A stretch of DNA of 64,000 nucleotides from an uncultured Nitrososphaerales archaeon (GTDB taxonomy: Archaea; Thermoproteota; Nitrososphaeria; Nitrososphaerales; Nitrososphaeraceae): contig CAVPXM010000054.1 of NCBI GenBank assembly GCA_963709405.1, positions 1 through 64,000 on the forward strand, in the 5' to 3' direction. Position numbers and translations under genes: made by a program. This document shows positions 11,658 through 23,710 of this stretch, piece after piece (positions within the stretch are counted from its first letter, which is position 1; each line of letters begins with the position of its first letter). Under the pieces are notes generated by a model. That model made no database searches, was not told where the DNA came from, and saw nothing but the letters and a program-made list of their open reading frames with translations.

Positions 11658-11829
11658 TAACTAAAAATGCTATAGGCATGCTTGATGACTTGACGCAGGA
11701 CAAACTGTTTCATATCATGACGTGGTTATGGCCTGTCGTATTAAATAAAATGGAGAAGAGGAAATGAATGCGTATATAATTTGATTTAGAGCTTGTCTTG
11801 CATCAAGACATACGGAATTATGTTAATAT

Positions 11830-12480
11830 GATACATAGGACAACCATCTTATTGCAGTAAGGATATCTAAAGCCATCATATTCGAGAAATATCTCGCATT
11901 CCACACAATGCTTACATCCCAAATCATAATAACTTGGTGATCCGTTGTTCCTTTTAGCTCTATATAGTTTACAAATATCTCTAGAAAACTTTTTCAATCG
12001 TTAGGTTTTCCTTTTTCTCATTATTTGTTTCGACAGTGACAAGATCGTACACAGATTTTAGAATTCTTGGTATAAACAGCCATCTTAACTCAGCTTAATT
12101 CAGGAGCAGTTGAAATTCCATCTAATTATATTCGTGGGATAAGGCTCATGATCTACTATGAATACTGACGATTCTGATGTGAACTGATTCAGTCTATCGT
12201 ACCATTTTAGTTTAATACCTTCTGAGACTAATTCGTCACTATTTACTATCTTAATTTTCATTTTGAAGGTATTGGAAATTATCTTTGCAATCTGTACAGC
12301 AGAACTGAGAAGGCTTGTTAGGATGACGTGAAATGTAATGTTGAACTTCTTTGGATTTTGCAGTTCTTGTAATTTCCTCTCTCCCATTTTCTGTAAGATC
12401 CGCATTTCTATTGCTGACTTTAGATCCATGGCTCAGATTAGCACTCGTTGCGCAATCACCGAGTCTTAATAAATATCTGT
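11830..12480 (-). pseudogene. Decayed inverted copy of sixA plus its small Zn-finger gene
   Basis: Nucleotide and protein similarity to 46003..46849 (YLLRLG, IAKIISNTFKMK, QFTSESS, HEPY; CVECEIFL), with frameshifts. Confidence 0.8.
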
Positions 12481-13150
12481 ACCTAAATGCAGGTGACTGT
12501 TGAGTAGCGAAGATATATTTATCGAACTGACCCGAGATGGCGGAGGAGTCACACTCCATGTTCCAAACGAAGTACAGATTGATGCAAAAATAAATATGAC
12601 CTCACCTAGTATCAACTTAATATATTATTATCAAATAAATTTGATATGCGCAAAGACTGAAAAATTCCTATATTTAACTATTGATAGAGTGCCTTAAGTG
12701 AACCTAGTATATTCGAATAAAGATGATGTAATTTGTTGCATAATTTGATGATAGATTATGCAAAAATATATTATCGATTTTGATTGAAAGCTGTTGTCAC
12801 CTTGGTGACTTTGCAATAGATATATGAGTATATAACTATATGACTATATATATGAATGAAAAACCGTTTGCAGTCATTTTTTATAGATAGAATCTATAAC
12901 TCCTGTTACCTTTTGGACAATAGTTGGTACTAATAAAAAATTAGGATCTGTCTTAGGAGCGGATGGTCTGCGTTAGAGACGATTATATACGAATTTTTTG
13001 ATTGTATACGTATCTTATGTCGAAAATAAAACCGCATCCGCATCGCAATGGTACGATTGAATCTTTAATCTCGGGTCATATATTCCAAGAACTTTCAGAT
13101 ACCGAGATATGTAGTTTGTAGCATTATTATTTTGGACATGTTAGATTCAG

Positions 13151-14063
13151 ATGATGCCACTCAACAAGTCATGGCATGATTACAATGAGTCATTAATTGA
13201 ACGTGGACGTATTCTTATGGATATTAGTTTTCTAGAATCTTCTAAGAGGGAGATTAAGAATATGAATAAAGGTAAGATTGGAGCTCCGTTTGAATATTCA
13301 CGTACTTATATCCAGTTTCTAGCATTTCTTAAGATTGGATTCAAGATCGCTTATAGAATTGTACAAGGAATCGTAAGAGGACTATCTGATTATATCAGGA
13401 TTGAAGAGATTCATTTTACACAGATCAGGAGAAGGATAATAAAGATTAAACCATCTGTAGGAAATCTAAATCTAGATAATGATGATAATGACAAGAAGCC
13501 GATAACACTGATAGTCGATCGATGCTTCTGGCCTTACTATAACAAAGAAAGGAGATTACATAGAACAAAAATGCATCAGGAAGAAAAAAGAGTTTATCAA
13601 GCTACATATTATTGCAGTCGATGCTAAATCGGACTAGATCATATCATTCAGAGTAACTAAAGGTAATGATGTTCATGATTCCAAAGAGTTTAGCTCTATG
13701 ATAAGAGAGATATCTAAGGAATATGATATTGACAAGGTTTATGCTGATAAGGCTCATGATAATAGGAGTTTTAACTTGTTAGACGACCTGAATATAGAAC
13801 CTGCTATAAATATTAGAAAAAATGCATCTACTATAAAAACAAAAGCATGTCCATTACGAGCAGAGGAGGTCGTCCTCATCAAGAAACTAGGATATGATGG
13901 ATGGAAACAGCTTAAGGATACAGGAAGAAGATGGATTGCAGAGATTGTATTTTCTTCACTAAAAAGAGTATTAAGTGAAGATCTACTTTCCAAGAAATTC
14001 AAAGCACAAGAAGTAGAAGCAGGACTAAAAGTAATGCTTTACAATAAATTCATTAGTCTATAG
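13151..14063 (+). mobile_element. IS5-family (IS903-like) transposase, disrupted
   Basis: SWHDYNESLIERG N-terminus, YADKAHD, RRWIAEIVFSSLK; frameshift near 13520 and an in-frame stop; element ends not resolved. Confidence 0.8.
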
Positions 14064-14506
14064 GCTGAAATAACTCTTCGTATTGGATACTGTTCGACAA
14101 ATCCCTTAGAATTGAGCTACAAGGTAATTAATTATATATAATTATCATGCCATTGATACTAAAAATATATTAATTTAGGTATTAACAATAAAAAAATTCA
14201 TAAATTCTTTACAAAGAGACGAGAGTCGCTGCTAATATCTGTTGTAATCCATTATCGACTCATACAAATTGCTAGGTATTAGTTATTAACTGACCTCTTG
14301 AGTTTGAAATCTGTCGTCATGCTGAAATAATATCAAGCGTTACTTGTAAGATAATTCAGAAATAAAGTCATTCAATGACGGTTTGAAACACGCCTTGATA
14401 AATAGTAGATTCGTGTTATGCGTTGACCGTTTATACCAAATCATGATTTTAAATCCGAATCCAAAATTACGCTACAGACTAATAATTAATATAAAATAAA
14501 ATAAAA

Positions 14507-14707
14507 ATGAAATCTTCGATATTTGAAGGAATCTGTACAGAATGTAGAAATCGATGTTTCGAGCAAAAACTCCTTTCAACTCATAAAGTAGTCAAAAACA
14601 AAGAGGATTCCAGACCGGAATATGTGGGCTTATCGATTCTTGATATTAAGATAAAAAATGAATGGATTCGAGTTGTACAAGAATATAAAAAGAGATCCCC
14701 ACATTAA
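14507..14707 (+). CDS. Small hypothetical protein with CxxC
   Basis: 66-aa ORF containing GICTEC. Confidence 0.35.
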   Translation: MKSSIFEGICTECRNRCFEQKLLSTHKVVKNKEDSRPEYVGLSILDIKIKNEWIRVVQEYKKRSPH

Positions 14708-15020
14708 GGTATGTTTTCTAACAACCCTTACTGATCTGACGAAATATGCAATTTATAAAGAAGAAGTATAACCTAGGAAAGGTGAAAGATATTTTGTGAT
14801 TAAACCAATTGAATATGTCGAACTGTTGCATATAGTTACCACAATTATAAAGGAAGCAAATCGTCTATAGAATAGAATAACCGATTTTTCACTATCATTA
14901 GCCATCATTTTCTGTTATCGATAACACATTCCTTGTTCCCAAATAGTTCTTTTCAAAACGTTTGAATTATCACTATTTGCTGTCATAAAAAATGATTCAA
15001 GATGAATATACGTCACTAGT

Positions 15021-15587
15021 GTGGTCATGTGCTTTCGGCTTTATCTTCAATACAAATTAACAAGCCACTTATATCATAGTTTAAACCTAAAAAAGCGCGG
15101 TGTAGGTATTGTGGGTGGAAAAGAAGATGACAAGAATAATGAAGATGAACTAATAAAAGATTATAATGCAATACTAAGAGAAAGCACTTTACTTACAACA
15201 GTCTCTGGTTTCATCTTCGGTTTTATTTTCAACACAACAATAAATACACCTAGGAATTTTACACCAATTGATAGTATTATTTTGATGTTTGCATTGTTTA
15301 CATCAACTTGCTCAATATGCTTATTCGTAATGCCTGTGGTATATCATAACCTTCAATATCCATATACAAATCTTGAAAAGTTCAAGAAAAGAAGTCATAA
15401 TTTTGTTGTGTTTGGATTGGTACCTGGGGCAGTAACTTTGTATTTGGGACTATTATTAGGCTTGAGGCTAGGATTAAAACTAACTGTCCCTTCTGAGAGT
15501 TATATTGACTATTTGTCTACACTTCTTGCATTTCTTCCTTTTGGGATTGTGTTTATCGCCTTTATGGAAAGGAAACGTAGGTTATAA
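15021..15587 (+). CDS. Membrane protein, DUF6328-like
   Basis: LRESTLLTTVSGFIFGF...MPVVYH; four hydrophobic segments; true start probably ~15111. Confidence 0.6.
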   Translation: MVMCFRLYLQYKLTSHLYHSLNLKKRGVGIVGGKEDDKNNEDELIKDYNAILRESTLLTTVSGFIFGFIFNTTINTPRNFTPIDSIILMFALFTSTCSICLFVMPVVYHNLQYPYTNLEKFKKRSHNFVVFGLVPGAVTLYLGLLLGLRLGLKLTVPSESYIDYLSTLLAFLPFGIVFIAFMERKRRL

Positions 15588-15907
15588 TAGCGTAATAAGA
15601 ATATCTCTATTTATCAAAATAACCCATGATTCCATTTAGAATTAGATCTGTTGTCATATGCGAAAGAAGATATTGCAAAGATATGCAAACTATTTGAATT
15701 TATCATAGATGAAACAGTGATCATGGGATTCGTTACTTAAAGCCTGGAGAGTTAGTTATTGTCAAAAATAAACATAAATCCTGTCACAATGTATCGATCT
15801 GGTCAAGTAACCATTAGCAAGTGCATGCACTTTCGAGAGTATCATTATGACACTTTTGATTTATTACATTGAAAAGGAAATATCAAAAAAGCTTGGAAAT
15901 CTTCAGT

Positions 15908-16132
15908 TTAAACTTTGTATTTCTCTAATTCCCAGAAAGTAATTTTCAGAGACTTCTGCACCATCGTATCCTTCTAGTTGCGATTTTGGTATATTGTACT
16001 CTTTGTGGTCTCCACTTGTAATTGCTACAGAATCCCTTCTATGGCATCCACATTTCCAGCACCTTGACCTTCCTTGGATCTTACATTATTATGGATAGTG
16101 GATTCCCAATCAACTACTGCATTTTCTGACAT
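15908..16132 (-). pseudogene. Frameshifted copy of the small protein at 58430..58660
   Basis: MSENAVVDWESTIHNNVRSKEGQGAGNVDAIEG, then frameshift. Confidence 0.8.
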
Positions 16133-16808
16133 TTTGTAACGTATAATTATAATGAAACTGGGTATTAAATGGGTATTATCTTTTGGTAAGTATCTACATA
16201 AGCGTAACTTTCTCATTTATTTACTTACAACTACCAATTATAGGTGGGGAAAATAACAGCGCAAATCCCAGCGATGGCCAAATGGAAATCGATTCTGCAT
16301 TAGAGGCTATTAATGCAAAGACGATGTTTGTTGAAACCGACGACCGAAAAATTGCTTATTTTTCGATGGGTAAAGCCTTCGCACTTTCCCAAAAGACCAG
16401 GCTTCTAGTTTTATTTGGTCTAGGTTAGAAAATATAAGACAAGGGTTGAGCAGTCGGGAATAAAGCCTATCAATGTTGAAATTTTAATGGATAATAGCAT
16501 CGGAATAAGTGATTCTTATTACTGGCAAACTGAAAATGAGATTCTGCAAGATTACCTAAAGGCGACCGATGCTCTCGTCTTGTCACGAGAGAAGCAGCTA
16601 AGCCATGGGTGTGGTGCGTAGGTAAATTTTGCAAATATCAAGGAGTTAACTTGGGATCGGGCGGAGGAATTCGAAGATCTCGATACATTAGAATTGCATT
16701 ACTTATTGTTATTGTTCCATCAATTATCGCTACTTATGTTCCTAAGTTGACAATACCTTTTTTAGCATATGGGAAGCTTGTTCGATCGCCCCTCTTGGTG
16801 CCGGATCA

Positions 16809-17655
16809 TCAGTAATTGTATTCAACATTACAAAGTCGTGAATGGTTCCATGATATCGAACTCACCCGAACACCTGCCTCCAATAGCTTCCGGGCATACG
16901 CTTCTCCTTCATCACACAGTACATCATTCTCTCCGTTGATGATAACTGCTGGCGGCAATCCATTGAGCTGTTCAACTGAAGCCTGAAGTGGAGAGACCGT
17001 TGGCGCTTTCAGATTTGTCCGATTTGAAGTGTAATTATCCCAGAACCACTTCATAGCATCACGAGTGAGCCAATATCCTTCTTGATATTTAAGGTAAGAT
17101 GGTGTATCGAAACTAGCATCAGTAACTGGATAAAAAAGCACTTGGAATGTAATAGGCGGTCCTCTGCGTTCTTTGGCAAGTAAAGTAACGGCAGCAGTCA
17201 TGTTACCACCTACACTGTCACCAACAACTGCTAGACGTGAAGAATTCACATTGATGTCTTGACCATTTTGTGCAACCCATTTTGTGGCTGCATATGCTTG
17301 TTCCAGAGAAACAGGATATTTGGCCTCAGGAGAGGGAGTGTAGTTAACAAAGACAACGGCCGCATTTGCCTTGCTAGCAAGCTCTCTTACTAATCTCTCA
17401 TGAGTATCAAACCCACCAAGTACCCATCCACCCGCCATGGAAGAACATTACAACGGGTAGAGTTTCATTGCGGCTATTTGAAGGTCGAACTATCGTTATA
17501 GATATCTCTTTGGAGTTATGGTCATCAGGAATGATAAGGTTCTGAATATCAGCTGGAAGTTTTTGGGCAGAATAACTAGACTGAAGTCCAGATAATACAT
17601 CACGAGCCCTGGCTGGCGACAAGGTATAAATTGGCGGTCCTTCCTTTTGTTGCAA
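16809..17655 (-). pseudogene. HSL/Aes-family alpha/beta esterase, frameshifted
   Basis: HGGGW oxyanion motif split at ~17435; GDSVGG nucleophile; ENDVL; truncated C-terminus. Confidence 0.85.
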
Positions 17656-17879
17656 ACTATCTAGTAAGGCTCGAGTGTTCTTTTACTCATAAATAAAATA
17701 AATTGGTACATGTTATTAGAGGTTTTGATTATGTCGACCGTGATTCGATGTGCTTCTTAGTCACTGTCATATCTGAATAGCCATTGGCAACCAGACCATA
17801 GGCAGTAATGCGTTTGCTGTCTAGAAAGGTTGACTGAGTACATTATTGTACTTCTAACTGCAGGTGTGATCCTGTAGTT

Positions 17880-18668
17880 TTGTTACACGGATGGCCAGAA
17901 ACGTGGTATGAATGGCACCATATAATGCCAACTTTGGCTAAAAATCATACTGTAATTGTACCTGATTTGCGAGGCCTTGGAGACTCTTCAAAACCATTAA
18001 CTGGTTATGATGGTAAAACCGTTGCTGAAGATATACATCAACTAGTTACTCAGTTAGGGTTTAAAAGGATATTCCTTGTCGGCCACGATGTGGGGTCGCA
18101 GCCAGCATATTCTTATGCAGCTGCGCATCCGACAGAGGTAACAAGGTTAGTAATTATGGAATATATTTTCCCTGGTTTTACTCCTCCTCAACTTGAAGGA
18201 AAAGTTTGGTGGTTTCCATTTCAACAACTACCTGATTTACCAGAAGCTCTTGTAGACGGAAAAGAGACAATGTATCTTTCATGGTTTTATCATAATCTTG
18301 CATATAATCCATCCGCAATCACACAGACGGATATCAACAAATTTGTTAACCATTATTCTGCCCAGGGTGGAATGCGTGATGGATTTAACTATTTCCGAGC
18401 ATTTCCACAGGATGCGATTGAAAATATGAATTACTCCAGGACTAAACTTGCGATGCCAGTACTGGCGGTAGGAGCAGGATACATCCCAGCATTTGGAGGG
18501 AATGTTACCATTAATTACGCCCTCTATGGTATGAACGCATTAGCCCAAAATGTCAGGGGTAACCAAGTCTCAAACTCAGATCATTGGATTCCGGAAGAGC
18601 GGCCAGACTTTGTAATAAAACTACTTGACAATTTCTTTGGTGGTAATACTACTAAAACTAGTAAATGA
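17880..18668 (+). CDS. Alpha/beta hydrolase (epoxide hydrolase-like), probably 5'-truncated
   Basis: LHGWPE, PDLRGLGDS, GHDVG, HWIPEERP. Confidence 0.85.
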   Translation: MLHGWPETWYEWHHIMPTLAKNHTVIVPDLRGLGDSSKPLTGYDGKTVAEDIHQLVTQLGFKRIFLVGHDVGSQPAYSYAAAHPTEVTRLVIMEYIFPGFTPPQLEGKVWWFPFQQLPDLPEALVDGKETMYLSWFYHNLAYNPSAITQTDINKFVNHYSAQGGMRDGFNYFRAFPQDAIENMNYSRTKLAMPVLAVGAGYIPAFGGNVTINYALYGMNALAQNVRGNQVSNSDHWIPEERPDFVIKLLDNFFGGNTTKTSK

Positions 18669-19059
18669 GTACTATCGGCTAACTCTGCAATCGTATTATC
18701 AACATTTTTTCATTCAATGACTTGCAGAAACCATTCAATCAATATAGTTAAATTGATAATAACTCCGCTTATTTAGCAGACAGATAAACATAAAGCCAGA
18801 GTTTCAAGCGTTATCTCTATCTGACCCTATCGTCTGTCCCTAGTAACGGTACGTCTACTAATCTGCAAAGTAGTGCTATTTCATACTGGCTGTTCCTCTT
18901 ACAAATATCTCTTGGACCTTGTTTCTGCGTCAATAGATCTTATCTTTTTTGGTCTATATTTGTGCTTACTTCCTATTATATCCTACCCAGAATATCAATT
19001 ACATGTAAATAGGCTTTAGTGAAAAATGATTATATAAAGCGAAAAATAAACCTGAATGG

Positions 19060-20955
19060 ATGAAAGCCGCCATTTTCGAAAAACCTGGCTTAGAGAATCT
19101 AAAGATAAAGCTGGACATAGAAGAACCAAAAATAACAGATCATGATGTGCTTGTAAAAGTTAAGATGGCTGGTATAAATCCAATCGATCATTTTGCAATA
19201 TCTGGCACACGAGAGACTAAGAGCCTATCCCAAAATTATCCTCCTGTAAATAAGAATACAACAACCAAACATACTAACGCAAAATAGCTTTCTAATTTCT
19301 TTTCATATCTAACTAAAAGTTTTCTGAACTTGTTGTGCCAGGAGTTAGTTCTTTCTACAACCCATCTTCTTCTTGTATTATGCTTACCGCTCTTTTGTTA
19401 TTGGTTGTTCGCCTCTATGTCGAATATTTGGTAAGTATCCTTTCTTGATAACTTCGTTTTCAATCTCCAGAAAGTCATATCCCTTATCAAGACAAAGGTT
19501 CTGGTTCTTTCTATAAATCTTAGAGGATGGTCTTTTAACTACGATATTATCCAGTGTATTTATAGCAGCCTTCATATCATGTGTATTAGCTGCAGTTACA
19601 ACAACAGATAATGGAATACCTTGTCCATCAGTTAATACATGATGACGTTTTGTTCCTAACTTACCTCTGTCTGTGGGATTAGGTCCAGTCATTTCCCCCC
19701 TAAAGGTGCCTTTATACATACACTATCAAGTGACTGCCATCTCCATTGGATGCCTACTATACCATCATATACTTTTAGGAGTCTAGTCCATAATTTTTTA
19801 AATACCTTAGATGTTGACCATTGTTGGAATCGTCTATGGCAGGTTGATCCAGAGCCATATTCCTTGGGCAACATCTTCCATTGACATCCAGTTCTTAAGA
19901 CATATAGAATGCCATCCAGTACCTTCCTAAATGATATTGCTGGACGTCCTATGGTATTCGCTGGTTTTTCTGAGGGAAGTATCAATCTTATTTCATCCCA
20001 TAACTTGTCAGGGATTCTTTTGACAGTTGGAAGATACTTGACTCTATCGTAAGTCACACTTATGAGAAAAACTCTCTCAAGCTATATGTCTATCTATTTT
20101 TGGGATGGGTTCTAAGCCAATACCACACATACCAGGAGCTGAAATAGCCGGAGAGGTAGAAAAGACTGGAAAACATGTAACTAGCATTAAGCAAGGTGAC
20201 AGAGTTGTAGTTTATGGGAGTATTTGATGGCACATGTGATATGTGTCTTAATGGATACGAAATGTTATGCAGAAGCGGTGGGATAATTGGTATTGTGACT
20301 AATGGCGGCTTTGCGGAATATGTTTCTGTTCCAGAGAAAAATGTGTTTAAAATACCGAACGACATAGAATGGGAATTAGGCAGCAAGTCTGCCTGTAACT
20401 ACCATTACACCATATCATGCACTAAAAGAAGCAGCACTTAAAGTAAATGAATCCTTGCTTATATTTGGTGCTTCAGGAAATACAGGTACGATGGCCATTC
20501 AGTTTGGGAAAAAGATGGGAGCAAAAGTTATTGCAGTATCTAAGAATGAATGGGTAAAAGATTTTGGAGCCGATTATATTATAGATAATTATGAAAAAGT
20601 AACTGAAAAAGTTAATGAATTTACTCAAGGTAAAATGGTAAATGTTGTTTTAAATTCTTTGGGTGTAGGGACATGGGATAGCAGCTATGCCTCTGTCGGT
20701 GTTAACGGAAGATGGGTCACATTTGGGGGTCTAACAGGCGCAGATGTTAAATTGAACGTTCAATCACTTTATTCTAATCAGGTAAAGTTGATAGGATCTA
20801 CTGGGGGTACCAGAAATGATTTCAAGGAAATCATAGATATGTCTAAAGAATTGAAGATCAGGGTATGGAAAAAGTTCAAGCTAGATGAAGCAAAAGAGGC
20901 CTTGCAGGCATTGTTTGCTAAGGATAGAGATGGTAGAATTATGTTAGAAATCTGA
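19060..20955 (+). pseudogene. Zn-dependent alcohol dehydrogenase (MDR family), interrupted by IS5 and frameshifted
   Basis: Removing the IS restores ...TRETKPIPHIPGAE; DGTCDMC...C structural Zn motif; GASGNTG; extra frameshifts near 20212 and 20378. Confidence 0.88.
19221..20112 (-). mobile_element. IS5-family element with two-ORF transposase
   Basis: TIRs gagcctatcccaaaa / ttttgggatgggttc; TAA TSD; ORFA (LRTGCQW) and ORFB (DKGYD) overlap at GGGGGGAAA; RRWVVERT lies after a further frameshift. Confidence 0.92.
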
Positions 20956-21208
20956 AACTAGTAGGCTACGTATTAATCAACTGAAGTCGATGCGAGCCTA
21001 TTACAATCGATTTCAAAAATCAAGCAAGATTTGGAGTAGATAGCTACAATTTAGAATTATCTTCTCTGAATCTAACAATGATATCATAATATCCATGTCC
21101 TTTCTCTCTGCAAGCTAAAAATGAACGCATGAGATATTTGGAGCATCAAGTGATTGAAAACATAGTGTGGCCCTAATTTTTAAATGGAAGCCTATGCTTA
21201 CCTAAATA

Positions 21209-22513
21209 ATGGCTAGTCTAGTAAAACAGCCTCCACTTTTTCCTATATTATTGGTTAATTTTGTAGGCACTCTTGGCTTTAGTATTGTTTTGCCTTTCCT
21301 AGTTTTTGTAGTTATGAGATTTGGAGGTAATGCCATAGTTTATGGTCTACTCGCCGCTACTTATCCTGCTTTCCAACTTATTGGAGCTCCACTATTAGGA
21401 AGATGGTCTGATATTTATGGAAGGAAAAAAGTTCTTCTATTAAGTAATGCAGGAACAGCAGTTGGTTGGATATTATTTCTTTTTGCGTTATTTTTGCCCT
21501 CTGAGAAATCTAGCATTGATCTTGCCTTCCTTGGAACATTTGTCATTGTTCTTCCTTTGCTTGTCTTATTTGTTGCCAGAGCTATTGATGGAATTACTGG
21601 TGGGAATATCTCTATTGCCAATGCTTATCTTGCGGACCTTTCATCAGATAGTACTAGGAGTAAAAATTTTGGAAAAATGGCTATATCTTCCAACCTTGGG
21701 TTTATCCTAGGTCCTGCACTAGCTGGAATTTTAGGGGGAACTATCTATGGAGCAATATTGCCAGTTCTAGCAGCATTAATTCTATCTTTGGTCACATTAA
21801 TTGTAATAGGCTTTCTATTAAGAGAATCCAAGCCCTCATCAGAAGAAATATTGGTTCCGCAAGAAGCAACCATCAGAAAGGTTTTTTCGCAGGAATGCAG
21901 AGAATGCTATTCGGATGTAAACACTAAAAAACCTAGATTGCAAGATGTTTTCAAATTAAACCATATTCCTTTTTTACTTGTATTATATTTTCTCATATTT
22001 CTTGGATTTAATATCTACTATGCTGCGTTTCCGACTCATGCAGCTAATGATCTAAAGTGGTCAGTAACACAGTTGGGAATATTTTATGCAGTATTAAGTG
22101 GAATAATGGTTCTGATCCAAGGTCCTGTCTTACGTAAAGCATTAAAAAAATTCTCAGAGGAAAAATTAGTCGTGATTGGTAGCATGATTTTAGGTACAAA
22201 TTTTATTTTATTTGCATCAAATAATATTGTCTCAGTCGGCAGTGCTGTAATACTATTTGCAGTTGGTAACGGTCTTATGTGGCCCTCTTTCATGTCCATA
22301 TTGTCGAGACGCGCAGGATCAAAACTTCAAGGAGCAGTACAGGGCGTTGCAGGTAGCTTTGGAGGCCTGGCGAGTATCGTTGGGCTATCTTTGGGTGGAT
22401 TTTTGTATAATTCAATTGGGGGAGCTACTTTTCTAATAAGCGCTGGAGTAATATTCATAGTATTTATCATGTCTTTTAGACTATTGAAGAATAGAAATTC
22501 TGATCTCGTTTAG
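21209..22513 (+). CDS. MFS efflux transporter (TetA/DHA1-like)
   Basis: GRWSDIYGRK motif A, RAIDG, GPALAG; about 12 TM segments. Confidence 0.9.
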   Translation: MASLVKQPPLFPILLVNFVGTLGFSIVLPFLVFVVMRFGGNAIVYGLLAATYPAFQLIGAPLLGRWSDIYGRKKVLLLSNAGTAVGWILFLFALFLPSEKSSIDLAFLGTFVIVLPLLVLFVARAIDGITGGNISIANAYLADLSSDSTRSKNFGKMAISSNLGFILGPALAGILGGTIYGAILPVLAALILSLVTLIVIGFLLRESKPSSEEILVPQEATIRKVFSQECRECYSDVNTKKPRLQDVFKLNHIPFLLVLYFLIFLGFNIYYAAFPTHAANDLKWSVTQLGIFYAVLSGIMVLIQGPVLRKALKKFSEEKLVVIGSMILGTNFILFASNNIVSVGSAVILFAVGNGLMWPSFMSILSRRAGSKLQGAVQGVAGSFGGLASIVGLSLGGFLYNSIGGATFLISAGVIFIVFIMSFRLLKNRNSDLV

Positions 22514-22788
22514 GAAACTCATTTGACATGATTCTTGCCATTATCTATGATGATTGTTATCCTATCCTTAAAAGAGCGCGAGAATTCTGGATTGCGCTAT
22601 GATCTTGTATGCAAAGAGATAGTTTCTTTTCTGAACCTTATTGAACTTATCGTCTGAATACAATCACTCAGACTACGAACCACTACCAATTTAGAATGTT
22701 CGAAAAGTAAAGGAATCAAATTAATCTGATTTAGTAGTAGTAGTAATAGGTTAAAGCTAGTTACTACTAATCCCATATTTCTAACTAC

Positions 22789-23136
22789 CTAACTGGTGTT
22801 CTTGGCTTGCCATCTTTGAAGATGGTTCCAGGCATATACTTCATAGAAAATGAAGTCTGCGCTGAGTAATACCGGTTCAAATCCTGTACCCATATCAGTC
22901 AAACTATATTCTACCCTGACTGGATACTTTGATACAACTCTTCTCCTAATAATTCCAAGTCGTTCGAGTTCACGTAGACGTTCTGTAAGAACTTTGGGTG
23001 ATATGCCTTCTATATTTTCCATGAAGCGATTAAACTGTGTATTACCCCTGAGAATTTCCCTTATGATCAGGACCGTCCATCTTTTTCCGATAATTCTAAA
23101 AGTCGTTTCAATTGGGCATGATTTTAGCTCTGGCAT
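22789..23136 (-). CDS. HxlR-family transcriptional regulator
   Basis: CPIETTFRIIGKRW, GISPKVLTERLRELE, VEYSLT; start reassigned to ATG 23136; C-terminus may be frameshifted. Confidence 0.88.
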   Translation of the reverse strand: MPELKSCPIETTFRIIGKRWTVLIIREILRGNTQFNRFMENIEGISPKVLTERLRELERLGIIRRRVVSKYPVRVEYSLTDMGTGFEPVLLSADFIFYEVYAWNHLQRWQAKNTS

Positions 23137-23260
23137 GTTATAGACTGATTCTATTATGGAACAGTTGTTTCTGTCAATCACTATTCTTTCACTCTCTAGT
23201 TGGTAACTAACTATGGATCTGGTTACGTGAGACTTATAAACTATACTTTTCATACTAGAT

Positions 23261-23710
23261 ATGGAAATGAAAGTCCTCACTGATTATTCAGAACAAATGC
23301 AATACAACAAGACGACCTCTCTCCTAATAGCTGCCCAGACATGGAGGCTATTTGGTATAGCATTTCTCTGGGGCATGACCCAAGGGCTCTTTGATCCGGC
23401 CATGGCAATACCAGACGGGGTCGGAGACATTTTGGTTGGAGTAACTGCGATCCCTTTCGCCATTTTTCTCTGGAGGGGCTATAGCTGGTCAAAGTACGCT
23501 CTTGTAGTTTGGAATGTATTGGGTATAGCAGATCTAGTCATGGCCGTCAGTCTAGGGTTTATTACGTCTCCCAATTTTGGCATATCTACGATGACAACCT
23601 TACCCTGGGTCCTCATTCCTACCATCGCGGTTCCTGCTACACTGGCGCTGCATGTCATAACATTATACCAGCTAAGAAATACACAGAATCTCCGGCCCGA
23701 CAATAGATGA
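23261..23710 (+). CDS. Membrane protein (hypothetical), divergent from hxlR
   Basis: QTWRLFG, GDILVG, WNVLGIADL, PWVLIP; four TM segments. Confidence 0.65.
   Translation: MEMKVLTDYSEQMQYNKTTSLLIAAQTWRLFGIAFLWGMTQGLFDPAMAIPDGVGDILVGVTAIPFAIFLWRGYSWSKYALVVWNVLGIADLVMAVSLGFITSPNFGISTMTTLPWVLIPTIAVPATLALHVITLYQLRNTQNLRPDNR

Noticed and set aside
23197-23226. GTAAC...GTTAC inverted motif as an HxlR operator (similar one at ~58325-58353)
   Set aside because: Short, with inconsistent spacing; plausible but not supportable
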